From Candidatus Latescibacterota bacterium (GTDB lineage Bacteria > Latescibacterota > UBA2968 > UBA8231): a stretch of DNA of 64,000 nucleotides. The stretch covers positions 64,001 through 128,000 of the forward strand of contig CBDCXV010000009.1 of assembly GCA_965223905.1 (NCBI GenBank), written 5' to 3'. Every line of letters begins with the position of its first letter. Position 1 is the first letter of the stretch. Positions 28,255 to 38,504 of this stretch are shown in pieces. The notes under the pieces are model-generated. The model was given only the letters and a program-made list of their open reading frames with translations, had not been told where the DNA came from and did no database searches. Position numbers and translations under genes: made by a program.

Positions 28255-28454
28255 CGTGGGGTTTCTCCATTCGCCAGGAGGTCGAAGGATGGGAACAGCG
28301 CCCGTTCAAGAGAATATAGGATGGCAATGACACCGCTACGACCTGATGCCGGCAGGTCGGATGGGCATTAACTGAAACCCCGTTCCCCGTATTATCTTTA
28401 TGTCCCTGAAGCAGTTACCGCCCCAAACCAGCGCCCCGGACCGCGCCGCCGAAG

Positions 28455-30791
28455 ATGCCGAGAAAAGCGCAGCTGACCCAGGTCGGCAAGCACAAGCTCG
28501 AGATAACCAACCTCGACAAGGTGCTGTGGCCCAACGACGGCATCCTCAAGGCGGAGCTGATCGAGTACTACCTGAAGATCGCCCCGACGATCCTCGCCCA
28601 TCTCAGGGGGCGGCCGCTGTCGTTCGTGCGCTTCCCGGACGGCATCGACGGCGAGAGCTTCTTCCAGAAGAACCGCCCCAGGTGGGCGCCGGCGTGGCTC
28701 GATCACGAGGTGATCGGCGAAGCGGGGGACTCCCTCGACTACGTGCTCGCCTCCGACGAGGCCTCGATGGCCTGGATCGCCAACCACGCCTGCATCGAGG
28801 TCCACCATCTGCACTCGCGGCGGCCCCACTTCGACAGGCCCGACTACTTCGTCGTCGACCTCGATCCCCCGGAAGGGTACCCGTTCCCCGACGTCGTCGA
28901 GCTCGCCTTTCAGGTCAGGGAGCACCTCGAGTCGCACGGCTACCACCCGTTCGCGAAAACCACGGGCCGCAAGGGGATTCACGTGGTGGCGCCGATCGAG
29001 CCGAAGTGGGATTTCGAGACGGTGTTCGCCGCGGCCAAAGGGATGTTCCAGCCGTTCGTCCGCGCCCACGCCGCGACGACGACCCTGCACATCAAGAAGG
29101 AGGCGCGCCAGGGCAAGGTCCTCGTCGACGTGTTCCGCAACCGCACGGCGCAGACCATCGTCGCCGCCTACAGCGTGCGCGGCTCCGCCGCCGCCCCGGT
29201 GTCGATGCCGCTGGCATGGGAGGAGCTCGAGCAGCTGAGCGAACCTGGTTTGTACAACCTGCACACCGCGGCCGACAAGGTGCTGAGCGAAGGGGACCCG
29301 TGGGAAGGGATGGGGGCGTACGCCGTGCGCCTGCACACCGACCGCAAGGCGGCGAAGAAGAAGCGGGCCCCCGCCCGGTCGAGAACCCACAAGACCCCGG
29401 ACCAGCTCGAGTCCTACGCCGGCAGGCGCAGCTTCGAAAAGACGCCGGAGCCGGCCCCGGAGGTCGAGGCAGGGGACGGCAACGCCTTCGTCGTCCACCG
29501 CCACCACGCTTCCCGCCTGCACTACGACCTGCGTCTGGAACAGGACGGGGTGCTCAGGTCCTGGGCGGTGCCGAAGGGGCTGCCGCCGCGGCCGGGCATC
29601 AAGAGGCTGGCGGTCCAGGTCGAGGACCACCCGCTCGAGTACCTCACCTTCGAGGGGCGCATCCCCAAGGGGGAGTACGGCGCCGGCCCGATGTGGGTCT
29701 ACGCCCTCGGCCGCTACGAGGTCACCAACGACAAGAAGGACAGCTTCTACTTCCGCCTGCAGAGCCGCGAGCTGAGCGCCGAGTTCCGGCTGATCAACAC
29801 CCGGGGCAAGGACTGGCTGCTCGAGCGCCTCGACAACCCGCAGGTCGACTGGCTGGAGGAGTTCGTCGAGCCGATGCTGGCCGAGAACCGCGAAGAAGTG
29901 CCGGACCGCGGCGACTACCTGTACGAGCTCAAGTGGGACGGCATCCGCGCCTCGATCGCCCTCGACGAGGGGGAGGTCCGCATCCGCACCCGCAGCCGCC
30001 GGGACGTCAGCGAACACTTCCCCGAGCTGCGGCTGCCCGAGGAGGCCTTCCGCGCCTCGTCGGCCCTGTTCGACGGGGAGATCGTCTGCCTGAACGACGG
30101 CGGCCGGCCGGTCTTCACCGACGCGGTGGGCCGCCTGCACGCGCGCGGCGAGCGCGGCATCGAGAAGGCGCGGCAGCGCCACCCGGCGAACTGCTACCTG
30201 TTCGACTGCCTCTACCTCGACGGGCGGCCGGTCGTCAACGAGCCCCTGAGCCGGCGCCGGGAGTGGCTGGAGAGCGCCCTGAAGCCGGAGTCCCCGTACC
30301 GGGTCAGCGAGGTGGTCGCCGACGGGCACGCCCTGTTCGAAGCGACCAGACAGGCAGGCCTGGAGGGGATCGTGGCGAAGCTGCCTGAGGCCCCGTATCT
30401 TCCGGGAAAACGCTCCGACAGGTGGCTGAAGATCAAGGTGCGGCAGACCATGGAGTGCCTGGTGGTCGGCTACACCGCGGGCAAGGGGGACCGCAAGAGC
30501 CAGTTCGGAGCCCTGCACCTGGCGGCCGCGGGCAACGGCCCCGGCCTCGACTATCTCGGCAAGGTCGGCACCGGTTTCAACGCCCGGACCATGACCTCGG
30601 TGATGGAGGAGCTTCGCCGCTTTCCCGAGGTCGAGCGGCCGATTCCCGTGAAACCGCCCGACGACGCGCAGACCACCTGGATCGAGCCTCGGCTGTACTG
30701 CGAGGTGGAGTACGCGTCGATGACCCCCGTGGGAACGCTGCGCGAACCCGCTTTCGTTCGCCTGCGCCCCGACATGGAACCGGAACAGTAG
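28455..30791 (+). CDS. ligD: NHEJ DNA ligase D (polymerase-phosphoesterase-ligase order)
   Basis: Polymerase: LTN-like ITNLDKVLWP, RFPDGI, DLDP, KTTGRKGIHV. Phosphoesterase: HHASRLHYDLRLE, SWAVPKG. Ligase: ELKWDGIR, EGIVAK, WLKIK. Confidence 0.95.
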   Translation: MPRKAQLTQVGKHKLEITNLDKVLWPNDGILKAELIEYYLKIAPTILAHLRGRPLSFVRFPDGIDGESFFQKNRPRWAPAWLDHEVIGEAGDSLDYVLASDEASMAWIANHACIEVHHLHSRRPHFDRPDYFVVDLDPPEGYPFPDVVELAFQVREHLESHGYHPFAKTTGRKGIHVVAPIEPKWDFETVFAAAKGMFQPFVRAHAATTTLHIKKEARQGKVLVDVFRNRTAQTIVAAYSVRGSAAAPVSMPLAWEELEQLSEPGLYNLHTAADKVLSEGDPWEGMGAYAVRLHTDRKAAKKKRAPARSRTHKTPDQLESYAGRRSFEKTPEPAPEVEAGDGNAFVVHRHHASRLHYDLRLEQDGVLRSWAVPKGLPPRPGIKRLAVQVEDHPLEYLTFEGRIPKGEYGAGPMWVYALGRYEVTNDKKDSFYFRLQSRELSAEFRLINTRGKDWLLERLDNPQVDWLEEFVEPMLAENREEVPDRGDYLYELKWDGIRASIALDEGEVRIRTRSRRDVSEHFPELRLPEEAFRASSALFDGEIVCLNDGGRPVFTDAVGRLHARGERGIEKARQRHPANCYLFDCLYLDGRPVVNEPLSRRREWLESALKPESPYRVSEVVADGHALFEATRQAGLEGIVAKLPEAPYLPGKRSDRWLKIKVRQTMECLVVGYTAGKGDRKSQFGALHLAAAGNGPGLDYLGKVGTGFNARTMTSVMEELRRFPEVERPIPVKPPDDAQTTWIEPRLYCEVEYASMTPVGTLREPAFVRLRPDMEPEQ

Positions 30792-30833
30792 CCGCGGCGC
30801 GGAGCGCGCGCCCGCAAGCGACAGGAGGTGAAA

Positions 30834-31727
30834 ATGAACATGCGATCCCTGTGGAAGGGGCACATCAGGTTCTCGATGGTGACGATCCCGGTGCGGCTGT
30901 ACAACGCCGTCGACTCCGGATCGACCATCCGCTTCAACCAGCTGCACAAGGAGGACAACGGCCGCGTCGGCTACGACAAGAAGTGCAAGAGCTGCGGCGA
31001 GGCCCTGAGCAACCACGACATCGTCAAGGGGTACGAGTACGCCCCGGACGAGTACGTCATCATCGAGGACGAGGACCTGCAGAAGATCAAGCTCGCCAGC
31101 ACCCGGATCATCGAGATCGAGGGGTTCGTCGACGCGGAAGAGGTCGACCAGATGCTCTATGAAACCCCCTACTACGCCGGTCCCGACGGCGAGGTCGCCA
31201 AGAAGGTGTACGGCCTGTTGGCGGGGGCCCTGGAGGCCAGCGGCAAGGTCGGCGTCGGCAAGGTGGTGATGCGCGACCGCGAAGACATGGTGCTGATCGG
31301 CCAGCAGGAGGGCGGGCTCGTCATCTACAAGGTCCGCTACCCGGAGTTCCTGCGCAGCATCGGCGACGTCCCCGACACCGAGCAGGTCGAGGTCGCCGCC
31401 GAGGAGCTGAAGCTGGCGCAGAGCCTCGTCGACTCGATGACGACCTCGTTCGCCGACATCGAGATGAAGGACTCCTACCGCGAGGCGGTGAAGGAGCTGA
31501 TCGACGCCAAGGTGGAGGGCCAGGAGATCGTCGCCGTCGCCGAGGAGGTGAAGCCGGTGGTCGACATCATGTCCGCCCTCAAGGAGAGCATCGAGCAGGC
31601 GAAAACCGTGAAGAAGCCGATGGAGCGGGCAGAAGGGGAGAAGGCGGAAGAGAAGGCCGAGAAGAAGGCCCCTGCCCGGAAGAAGGCGGCCAAAAAGCCG
31701 GCCGCCAAGGCCAGGAAAGTTGCCTAG
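30834..31727 (+). CDS. ku: NHEJ Ku protein
   Basis: RSLWKGHIRFSMVTIPVRLY, IVKGYEY, basic Ala/Lys-rich tail; AGGAGG RBS. Confidence 0.95.
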   Translation: MNMRSLWKGHIRFSMVTIPVRLYNAVDSGSTIRFNQLHKEDNGRVGYDKKCKSCGEALSNHDIVKGYEYAPDEYVIIEDEDLQKIKLASTRIIEIEGFVDAEEVDQMLYETPYYAGPDGEVAKKVYGLLAGALEASGKVGVGKVVMRDREDMVLIGQQEGGLVIYKVRYPEFLRSIGDVPDTEQVEVAAEELKLAQSLVDSMTTSFADIEMKDSYREAVKELIDAKVEGQEIVAVAEEVKPVVDIMSALKESIEQAKTVKKPMERAEGEKAEEKAEKKAPARKKAAKKPAAKARKVA

Positions 31728-31836
31728 TCGGGCGGTCCCGGGAATAACTTGCCGAATCGAAGGCGCAGCACGCCGGGATGCCCTCGGCGAATACTAAAAG
31801 CCTTCTGAGCCGGCGGCCCGGAGGCGATTCAGACAG

Positions 31837-32460
31837 ATGAGCAAGCTGCTTCCATTCCCCGCGGCGAAGGCCCGCAGTCCCTCGAAGTTCGGGTACGAGC
31901 GGGTTCGCAAGCGGGACCGGAAGGACAAGGGCCAGCTCGACCTGTTCGCCGGTGGCAGCGGCAAGCTGGTCGAGTTTCCCGCCGCGGCCGGCCCCGGGCC
32001 GTTCGAGGAGGCACTGGCGCTCGAGGACGGCGGCGACGAATCCGCGGCACGCAGGCTGTACGAGAAGGCGGTTGCCGAAGGGGACTCGGTTCCCGACGCC
32101 TATTGCAACCTCGGGGTGATCGAGTCGAAGGCGGGCAGCGTCGAGCAGGCTTTCGACTGCTTCCGCAACGCCCTCAAGCAGGACCAGCAGCACTGGGAAT
32201 CCCAATACAACCTCGCCAACCTTTACTTCGACACCGAGGAGTTCCGTCCCGCCCGCGTGCACTACGAGCTGGCCGCGGAGATCGAGCCGGGATTCCGCAA
32301 CATCTACTTCAACCTCGGCCTGGTGCTGGCGATCGACGAGGAGTTCGAGCTCGCCATCGACGCCCTTTCCCGCTACCGGAAGCTCGCCCCCGACAGCGAA
32401 GCGGGGGCGGCCGAGGATCTCCTCGAACACCTGAGACGCTCCCTGGAACAGCAGGGCTGA
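31837..32460 (+). CDS. TPR-repeat protein with an N-terminal QLDLF motif
   Basis: DAYCNLG, SQYNLANLY, IYFNLGLV repeats. Confidence 0.85.
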   Translation: MSKLLPFPAAKARSPSKFGYERVRKRDRKDKGQLDLFAGGSGKLVEFPAAAGPGPFEEALALEDGGDESAARRLYEKAVAEGDSVPDAYCNLGVIESKAGSVEQAFDCFRNALKQDQQHWESQYNLANLYFDTEEFRPARVHYELAAEIEPGFRNIYFNLGLVLAIDEEFELAIDALSRYRKLAPDSEAGAAEDLLEHLRRSLEQQG

Positions 32461-32529
32461 GGCATCCTCTCAGCCGGTTGGGGCCGGGGCTTCCCCGAGT
32501 TGGGGTGGCCTGTGGCAACCCTCGGAACC

Positions 32530-32775
32530 CCGGCCTTCGAGGAGGTGTGTGCCTCCGGGAAAACCTCGGGGCCGGGGTTCGTGGCCTGCCCTGGCGGCGG
32601 CCTTTGGCAAGACCTTGGCGCCCCGGGTTCGAAAGCCGGCCATGGTTGTCGTGGCATGCGACACACTACGGCTCCCCGAGGTCGTCGCCGGCCTTCGAGG
32701 CGGCGTTGCCTGCGGAAAACAACGGTTGTCCGGGTTCGGGGCGGCCCTCCATGCGGCCTGGTTTTCGGCAAACCG
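32530..32775. repeat. Degenerate ~85 bp direct repeat with ~158 bp period in a convergent intergenic region
   Basis: CCGGCCTTCGAGG at 32530 and 32688, each followed by similar TGCCT..GGAAAAC..GGGTTCG.GGC..CCCT..GCGGCCT..GGCAA. Confidence 0.55.
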
Positions 32776-32848
32776 CCGCGCATGGTTTGGCGGCCCGCCG
32801 AAAGATCCGCGCACATTGGACAGGGCCGGCACTCAGCCCTGCACCTCC

Positions 32849-33589
32849 CTATAGGTCGCGCCTCGTGAGACTGTACTTCTGGCCCGTCGGTCCGCGGGCC
32901 GGCTGGGCCGCCAGGAAAAGAGCCAGGGGAACGACGTCCTCCGGTTTCTTGTTCCACTCGATCGCCCCGAACCGCGAGGGACTGTCCGCATCGTCGGGGT
33001 TCATGGCGGTGATCACGGGGCCGGGGATCAGTTCGTTGACGCTGATGTCGTGCTCCCACAGCTCCGCGGCCAGCACCCGGGTCAGCATCGACAGGCCGGC
33101 CTTGGAGCAGCCGTACGCCGAGGCGTCCGCGTAGGCCCGCTGTCCCATTCCGGAACCGATAACGATGATCTTGCCGGATCTGCGCGCCTTCAGATGCGGG
33201 ATGGCGGCGCGGGCGCAGAGGTAGGCGCCGAGCAGGTTGACCTCGAGCACGCGCCACCATTCCTCCGGGTCGCTGCCCTCGACCGGACCGTGGGCGGTGG
33301 TCCCGGCGTTGGCGACGAGGATGTCGATGCCCCCGAACGCCTCCGCGGCGCGGCGCATCAGGTGGTCGACCTCCTGCTCCCGGGTGACGTCCGCGGCCGC
33401 GGCGAGAGCGCGGCCCCCGGATTCGGCGATGGCCGCGGCCGTTTCCTCGACCTGCGCGCGGGTGCGGGCGGCGCAGACCACCGCGGCCCCCGCGGCGGCG
33501 TACCCGACGGCGATGGCCCGGCCGATGCCGCGGCCCGCCCCGGTGACGACCGCCACCTTGCCTTCGAGTGTGCTTCCGACTGCAGTCAT
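32849..33589 (-). CDS. Short-chain dehydrogenase/reductase
   Basis: TGAGRGIG, VANAG, YGCSK. Confidence 0.92.
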   Translation of the reverse strand: MTAVGSTLEGKVAVVTGAGRGIGRAIAVGYAAAGAAVVCAARTRAQVEETAAAIAESGGRALAAAADVTREQEVDHLMRRAAEAFGGIDILVANAGTTAHGPVEGSDPEEWWRVLEVNLLGAYLCARAAIPHLKARRSGKIIVIGSGMGQRAYADASAYGCSKAGLSMLTRVLAAELWEHDISVNELIPGPVITAMNPDDADSPSRFGAIEWNKKPEDVVPLALFLAAQPARGPTGQKYSLTRRDL

Positions 33590-33933
33590 GATTCCTCCCT
33601 TCTGGCGTTGCGGGTCGGCTGTGCAGGAATTACAGGATCGCCGCAGGCGCGGGCCATGCCCTGAGGCAGCGGTCCGAAATCCAACCGGCTGGAGAAAGGG
33701 AAGCGCGGCCGTCTGCGGGTGTCCCGTCGAGAGCGGCTGCTGACTAATTACCTTGTAAGTTCCGGTGAAATAGCCATTCGGACTGCGGCCGGTCCCTGAG
33801 GCCAGCAGCCAAGGTTGGGCCATCTCCCCGAATCCTCTGATTCGACTCGGGCGCCCTTGTCTTCGGCGGCTCTGGCGGCCTCGCCTCAAAAAGCAACTCC
33901 ATCGACTGACTGTTATCGGAAAGGAAGTCCCGA

Positions 33934-35175
33934 ATGCCTGGCGATTTCGAGAGCAACCTGAAGAAGTACGGCGAGCTGGCGGTGCGGGTCGGGCTCAACC
34001 TGCAGCCGGATCAGCGGCTGATCGTGCGCGCCCCGATACCCGCCGCGGAGCTGGTCCGCGCCGTCGCCGCCTCGGCCTACGACCTCGGCTGCCGCTACGT
34101 CGACGTCCTCTACGGGGACGAGCAGCTCGAGCTGATCCGCTTCGAGCACGCGGCGCGCGACTCGTTCGAGGAGTACCCGGCCTGGCAGGTCCAGGGGCTG
34201 GCCGGGCGCGCAAAGGAAGGGGACGCCTTCCTCCGCGTATCGGGCGACGACCCCGACCTGCTGAAAGGCCAGGACCCGGAGTTGATCTCGCTGACCCGCA
34301 GGATCGCCTCGGAGCAGTCGCGGCCCCTTCTCGACTACATCACCCGGATGGCCGTCAACTGGTGCGTGATCTCCGCGGCCGTGCCCCCGTGGGCGGCGCG
34401 CGTCTTTCCCGAGGCGCCCGCGGCCGACCGGGTCGGACTGCTGTGGGATGCGATCTTCCGCATGTGCCGCATCGACGCCGGCGATCCCGCGGCCGCCTGG
34501 AAGGAGCATATCGATCGGCTCGAAAGGCGGCGCGAGCTGCTGACGGAGAGGCCCTACTCCTTCCTGCATTACCGCGCTCCCGGCACCGACCTGACCGTCG
34601 GGCTGCCGCAAGGGCACGTCTGGCGCGGCGCCATCGACCGCAGCGCCGCCGGGACCCTCTTCGTTCCCAACCTCCCGACCGAGGAGGTGTTCACCATGCC
34701 CCATTGCCGCCGCACCGAGGGCAGGGTGCGCTCGACCAAGCCGCTGAACTACGGGGGCTCCCTGATCGAGGATTTCTCCGTCACCTTCGCGGAGGGCCGC
34801 ATCGTCGAGGTGGCCGCGGCGCAGGGAGAGGATATCCTGCGCAACCTGGTCGAGACCGACGACGGCGCCGCGAGGCTGGGGGAGATCGCCCTGGTTCCCA
34901 ACAGCTCGCCGGTCTCGCAGTTCGGGCGGCTGTTCTACAACACCCTGTTCGACGAGAACGCCTCGAGCCACGTCGCCCTCGGGCAGGCGTACAACGTCTG
35001 CCTGGAGAACGGCGCCGCCATGGCGGAGGAGGAGTTCTCCGCCGCGGGCGGGAACCGCAGCGTCGTGCACGTCGACTTCATGATCGGCTCTGGGGAGATG
35101 GAAATAGACGGGGTGCTTTCCGACGGCACCCGGGAGGCGGTGATGCGGGGCGGCGAGTGGGCGGTGGAGGTGTAG
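33934..35175 (+). CDS. M29-family aminopeptidase (AmpS/AmpT-like)
   Basis: PNLPTEEVFT, LGEIALVP, NTLFDENASSHVALG, SVVHVDFMIG. Confidence 0.93.
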   Translation: MPGDFESNLKKYGELAVRVGLNLQPDQRLIVRAPIPAAELVRAVAASAYDLGCRYVDVLYGDEQLELIRFEHAARDSFEEYPAWQVQGLAGRAKEGDAFLRVSGDDPDLLKGQDPELISLTRRIASEQSRPLLDYITRMAVNWCVISAAVPPWAARVFPEAPAADRVGLLWDAIFRMCRIDAGDPAAAWKEHIDRLERRRELLTERPYSFLHYRAPGTDLTVGLPQGHVWRGAIDRSAAGTLFVPNLPTEEVFTMPHCRRTEGRVRSTKPLNYGGSLIEDFSVTFAEGRIVEVAAAQGEDILRNLVETDDGAARLGEIALVPNSSPVSQFGRLFYNTLFDENASSHVALGQAYNVCLENGAAMAEEEFSAAGGNRSVVHVDFMIGSGEMEIDGVLSDGTREAVMRGGEWAVEV

Positions 35176-35272
35176 GGCAGGTCCTGATGGCCCGTGCCGC
35201 CGCTGGAGCCGCCCGGGAGTTCGGAAACCGGGAACGGCTGCTTCAGAGGCCGGGGCGTCCGGAGGCACCGGG

Positions 35273-36343
35273 TCAGTCGTAGTTGTCGGGCAGGCCCAGC
35301 TCAGCGAGCAGGCGCGCCAGCTCGGCGCTGGTCTCCGGGTCGAGGGGAATCCCCTCGCGCTCGCGCTTCCGGCGCTTGCGGTGGGAACGCTCTCCCGGCA
35401 CGAGGATCTCGTCGACCCCCGGCGCCTTGCGCGAGGCCTTGAGCCCGGCCACCAGCTGCTCGACGGCCCCTTCGAAAACGGCGCGGGACACGAAGTGGTC
35501 GGGGTCGACCACGAGCGCGAACACCCCGTTTACGTTGTGGTCCTCCTGCGGCTGCAGGCCGGTGCTGGCTCCGGCGCCGCTGAGCACGCCGGCGAGCACG
35601 TCGACCAGCATGTTGAGGGCGAACCCCTTGTGGGCGGCGGCCGGCCCCCCGACCGGCAGCAGCGCCCCCTTGCTTCCGTCTATCGAGAAGTCGGCCGGGT
35701 CGCGGGTCGGCTCGCCGCTGGCGTCGATGAGCCAGCCCTCGGGAGTGGGCTCGCCGGAGCGCGCCGCCATCTTGACCTTGCCGGCCGCGGCGACGCTCGT
35801 GGAGAAATCCATGACGATCGGATTCCCCGGCTGCCACGGGATGCCGGCGGCGACCGGGTTGGTGCTCAAGAACGGAGCCGACCCCCCGAGAGGGGCCACC
35901 GCGGGATTGCCGCCGGCGTCGTTGACCATCATCAGGGCGACCATTCCCTGCCGCGCCGGTTCGCCGACGTAGCTGCCGAGACGGGCGACGTCGGTGCAGT
36001 TGAGGATCGTCACGCAGCCGCACCCGGAGGCACGCGCCTTCTCCGCGGCGATCTCGAACGCCCTGACGCAGGCCAGCGGGCCGAGGGCGAAGCCGGCGTC
36101 GAGATGGGCCGAACCCGCGGACTCGCGCAGCAGCTTCAGCTCTCCCTGCGGCCGGGTCCGGCCCTGCCGCAGGTCGCCGACGTACATCGCGACCCGCACC
36201 ACCCCGTGGGAGTCGTAGCCCGACAGGCTCGCCTCGCACAGGATGCCGGCCACTGTGGCCGCGTCCTCCGGCGGCACCCCCAGGCGTCCGAAGACGTCGA
36301 GCATCAGCTGGCGCAGGGAGGTGCTGGAGATGGTGTGGTTCAT
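35273..36343 (-). CDS. Ldh_2-family (malate/L-lactate/sulfolactate-type) oxidoreductase
   Basis: GYDSHGV, STNPVA, MDFSTS, HKGFAL, VPGE. Confidence 0.9.
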   Translation of the reverse strand: MNHTISSTSLRQLMLDVFGRLGVPPEDAATVAGILCEASLSGYDSHGVVRVAMYVGDLRQGRTRPQGELKLLRESAGSAHLDAGFALGPLACVRAFEIAAEKARASGCGCVTILNCTDVARLGSYVGEPARQGMVALMMVNDAGGNPAVAPLGGSAPFLSTNPVAAGIPWQPGNPIVMDFSTSVAAAGKVKMAARSGEPTPEGWLIDASGEPTRDPADFSIDGSKGALLPVGGPAAAHKGFALNMLVDVLAGVLSGAGASTGLQPQEDHNVNGVFALVVDPDHFVSRAVFEGAVEQLVAGLKASRKAPGVDEILVPGERSHRKRRKREREGIPLDPETSAELARLLAELGLPDNYD

Positions 36344-36658
36344 GGGAGGGGTCCTTGTATGGCGGTTTTCTGGAAGTTGGGTTCGCCTGTGGCAAAGGGC
36401 GCAGCCACCTGGTTTTCAGCCTTTCGCGTCCGCGGTACTGAATTGGGCCGCCTCGACGGGGTCGCCGGGACCGGCTGTTCGTCTGCGATCAGTATATTTC
36501 TATCCTGGACAAAGGAACCGAGGCGGCGCGATGCCGGCATTGTCGCAATAAAGGGATTGTAAGCCTTCATTACCGGTACGATGCCGTTGGCCGTGCGCCA
36601 TACAGGTTGAACGCGCGTTGAGAGACGTAGACAACTTCGACGCGACGGAGGTGTACTC

Positions 36659-38125
36659 ATGACAACCGATACAGGCCAGGACTACCTCCTCGGCTTGGTA
36701 AGTGAGCTGTGCAACCTGCCACATGAGACCGAATGGGTCGAATTCAAAGTCAATCACCGCCATCCGCAAACCGTCGGTGAGTACATCTCGGCGCTTTCCA
36801 ACGCCGCCACCCTGCACGACAAGGTTCACGCATACATCCTGTGGGGTATAGAGAACGGGACGCACATCATTGTCGGCACGGAATTCTCACCCGCGCTCTC
36901 GAAGAAGGGTAACGAACCGCTCGAGACTTGGCTGCTCCGGCTTATGAATCCGCGTATCGACTTCCGTTTTCACGAAGTCATGATTGATGGAAATCGGGTT
37001 GTCATTTTGGAGATTGACCGTGCGTCCCAACGCCCGGTCGCGTTCGGCGGCGTCGAATTTATCCGGGTAGGCAGCAGCAAGAGAAAACTCAAGGACTATC
37101 CTGAGAAGGAACGGGCCCTTTGGCGTGTTTTCGACCGGGTGAGCTTCGAAGACAGTATCGCCGCCGAACGCGAGAGTGACGAGGGTATTCTGTTGAAGCT
37201 CGACTACCCGGCGTACTTCGACTTGCTTGAAATGCCGCTCCCTGACGGTCGTGACGCCATCCTCCAGGCATTGCAGAGCGACCGGCTCATTTCTCCCGGC
37301 GAAGCAGGCGGATTCGACATCACGAATCTGGGCGCCATCCTGTTCGCCAGGAACCTCGGCGACTTCCCGCATTTGAAGCGCAAGGCCGGAAGGGTCGTCC
37401 AGTACCGAGGCAAGGGTCGGACAGAGACGTTCAAAGAACGAGAAGGCCGCATGGGGTATGCCTGCGGCTTTGAAGGTCTGGTCGGCTACATTGATGGACT
37501 CCTGCCGGCAAACGAGATGATCGAGAAGGCCTTGCGAAAAACCGTGCCGATGTTCCCCGACCTGGCCATCCGCGAACTCGTTGGAAACGCGCTTATCCAT
37601 CAGGACTTCTCCGTCACCGGTGCGGGACCGATGATCGAGATCTTCGACGACCGCATCGAGATCACGAACCCGGGTGAACCGCTCGTGGATACCCAACGCT
37701 TCCTGGACACACCGCCCAGATCTCGAAACGAGAGGCTGGCCTCACTGATGCGTCGGGTTCGCATCTGTGAGGAACGGGGCAGCGGGATCGACAAGGTTGT
37801 CTCACAGGTCGAGTTGCTCCATTTGCCGGCTCCGCTCTTCGAGGTTCCGCCCGGGTTTACCCGTGCGGTTCTGTTTGCCTACAAGGATTTGGCCGCCATG
37901 AATGAAGCGGAGCGCCTGCGGGCCTGTTACCTGCACGCCTGCCTGAAGTATGTAATGCGGGATTTTCTGACCAACGCATCACTTAGGAAGAGGTTCGGCA
38001 TCAGGCAGAACAACAAGGCGGTCGCCTCTCGCCGCATTCGTGAAGCCGTGGACGCCGGCATGATCAAGCCGTTTGACGAGAATGCCGGCCGGAAATTCAT
38101 GAAATACGTCCCATTCTGGGCCTGA
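36659..38125 (+). CDS. AlbA_2 (Schlafen-like)-HATPase_c_4-wHTH protein
   Basis: ETEWVEFK, ISALSN, IRELVGNALIHQDF, ITNPG, SRNERLA, CEERGSGIDK; less GC-rich than flanks. Confidence 0.85.
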   Translation: MTTDTGQDYLLGLVSELCNLPHETEWVEFKVNHRHPQTVGEYISALSNAATLHDKVHAYILWGIENGTHIIVGTEFSPALSKKGNEPLETWLLRLMNPRIDFRFHEVMIDGNRVVILEIDRASQRPVAFGGVEFIRVGSSKRKLKDYPEKERALWRVFDRVSFEDSIAAERESDEGILLKLDYPAYFDLLEMPLPDGRDAILQALQSDRLISPGEAGGFDITNLGAILFARNLGDFPHLKRKAGRVVQYRGKGRTETFKEREGRMGYACGFEGLVGYIDGLLPANEMIEKALRKTVPMFPDLAIRELVGNALIHQDFSVTGAGPMIEIFDDRIEITNPGEPLVDTQRFLDTPPRSRNERLASLMRRVRICEERGSGIDKVVSQVELLHLPAPLFEVPPGFTRAVLFAYKDLAAMNEAERLRACYLHACLKYVMRDFLTNASLRKRFGIRQNNKAVASRRIREAVDAGMIKPFDENAGRKFMKYVPFWA

Positions 38126-38193
38126 CCTCCGGGCCGGAGAACGCCATCGCAGATGTCGTCAAAAACGTGACGCGCAATCGGCGTTCAGAGTCT

Positions 38194-38293
38194 CCTGTCA
38201 ATTGACAGGTAATTGATCGAGAAATCCCGTACAGCCCTTGGAATTCCGTAAGTAACTGATTTTTCGGTAGTTGCTAAATTGACGGGCAATTGA
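38194..38293. repeat. 16 bp perfect palindrome plus 17 bp imperfect direct repeats
   Basis: CCTGTCAATTGACAGG at 38194-38209; AATTGACAGGTAATTGA at 38200-38216 and AATTGACGGGCAATTGA at 38277-38293. Confidence 0.8.
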
Positions 38294-38504
38294 CTGGAAG
38301 CGCATCGCGATCACCGGCCCCAGCGAAGAGGGACTCGAAACCCTCTTCTGTACGGCGCTCACCGGCGATTCTTGCTAACCGCACCCCGTGGTCCGCGAGC
38401 GGCCATCACCCGCCTGCGGTGCCGGCTGGGTCTGCCGCGGCCATTTTTTCAGCGACCGCCGGCAACAGGAATCGCCGGCTTCCTCAGTCAGGAAGACGCC
38501 GCTC

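Noticed and set aside
2040-28400. Defence island as a prophage, ICE or integron
   Set aside because: No integrase, transposase, tRNA target, flanking direct repeats or recurring attC-like sites were seen
28398-31016. Long antisense or alternate-frame ORFs (872 aa here; also 6674..9019, 42312..45644 and others)
   Set aside because: Shadow ORFs of high-GC coding genes, with no recognisable motifs
31630-31725. Repetitive AAG/GCC-rich sequence
   Set aside because: It encodes the normal Lys/Ala-rich Ku tail and is not a DNA repeat element
36590-36662. Possible hsdS C-terminal remnant overlapping the AlbA gene start
   Set aside because: Similarity (ALRDVDNF) is too weak to support
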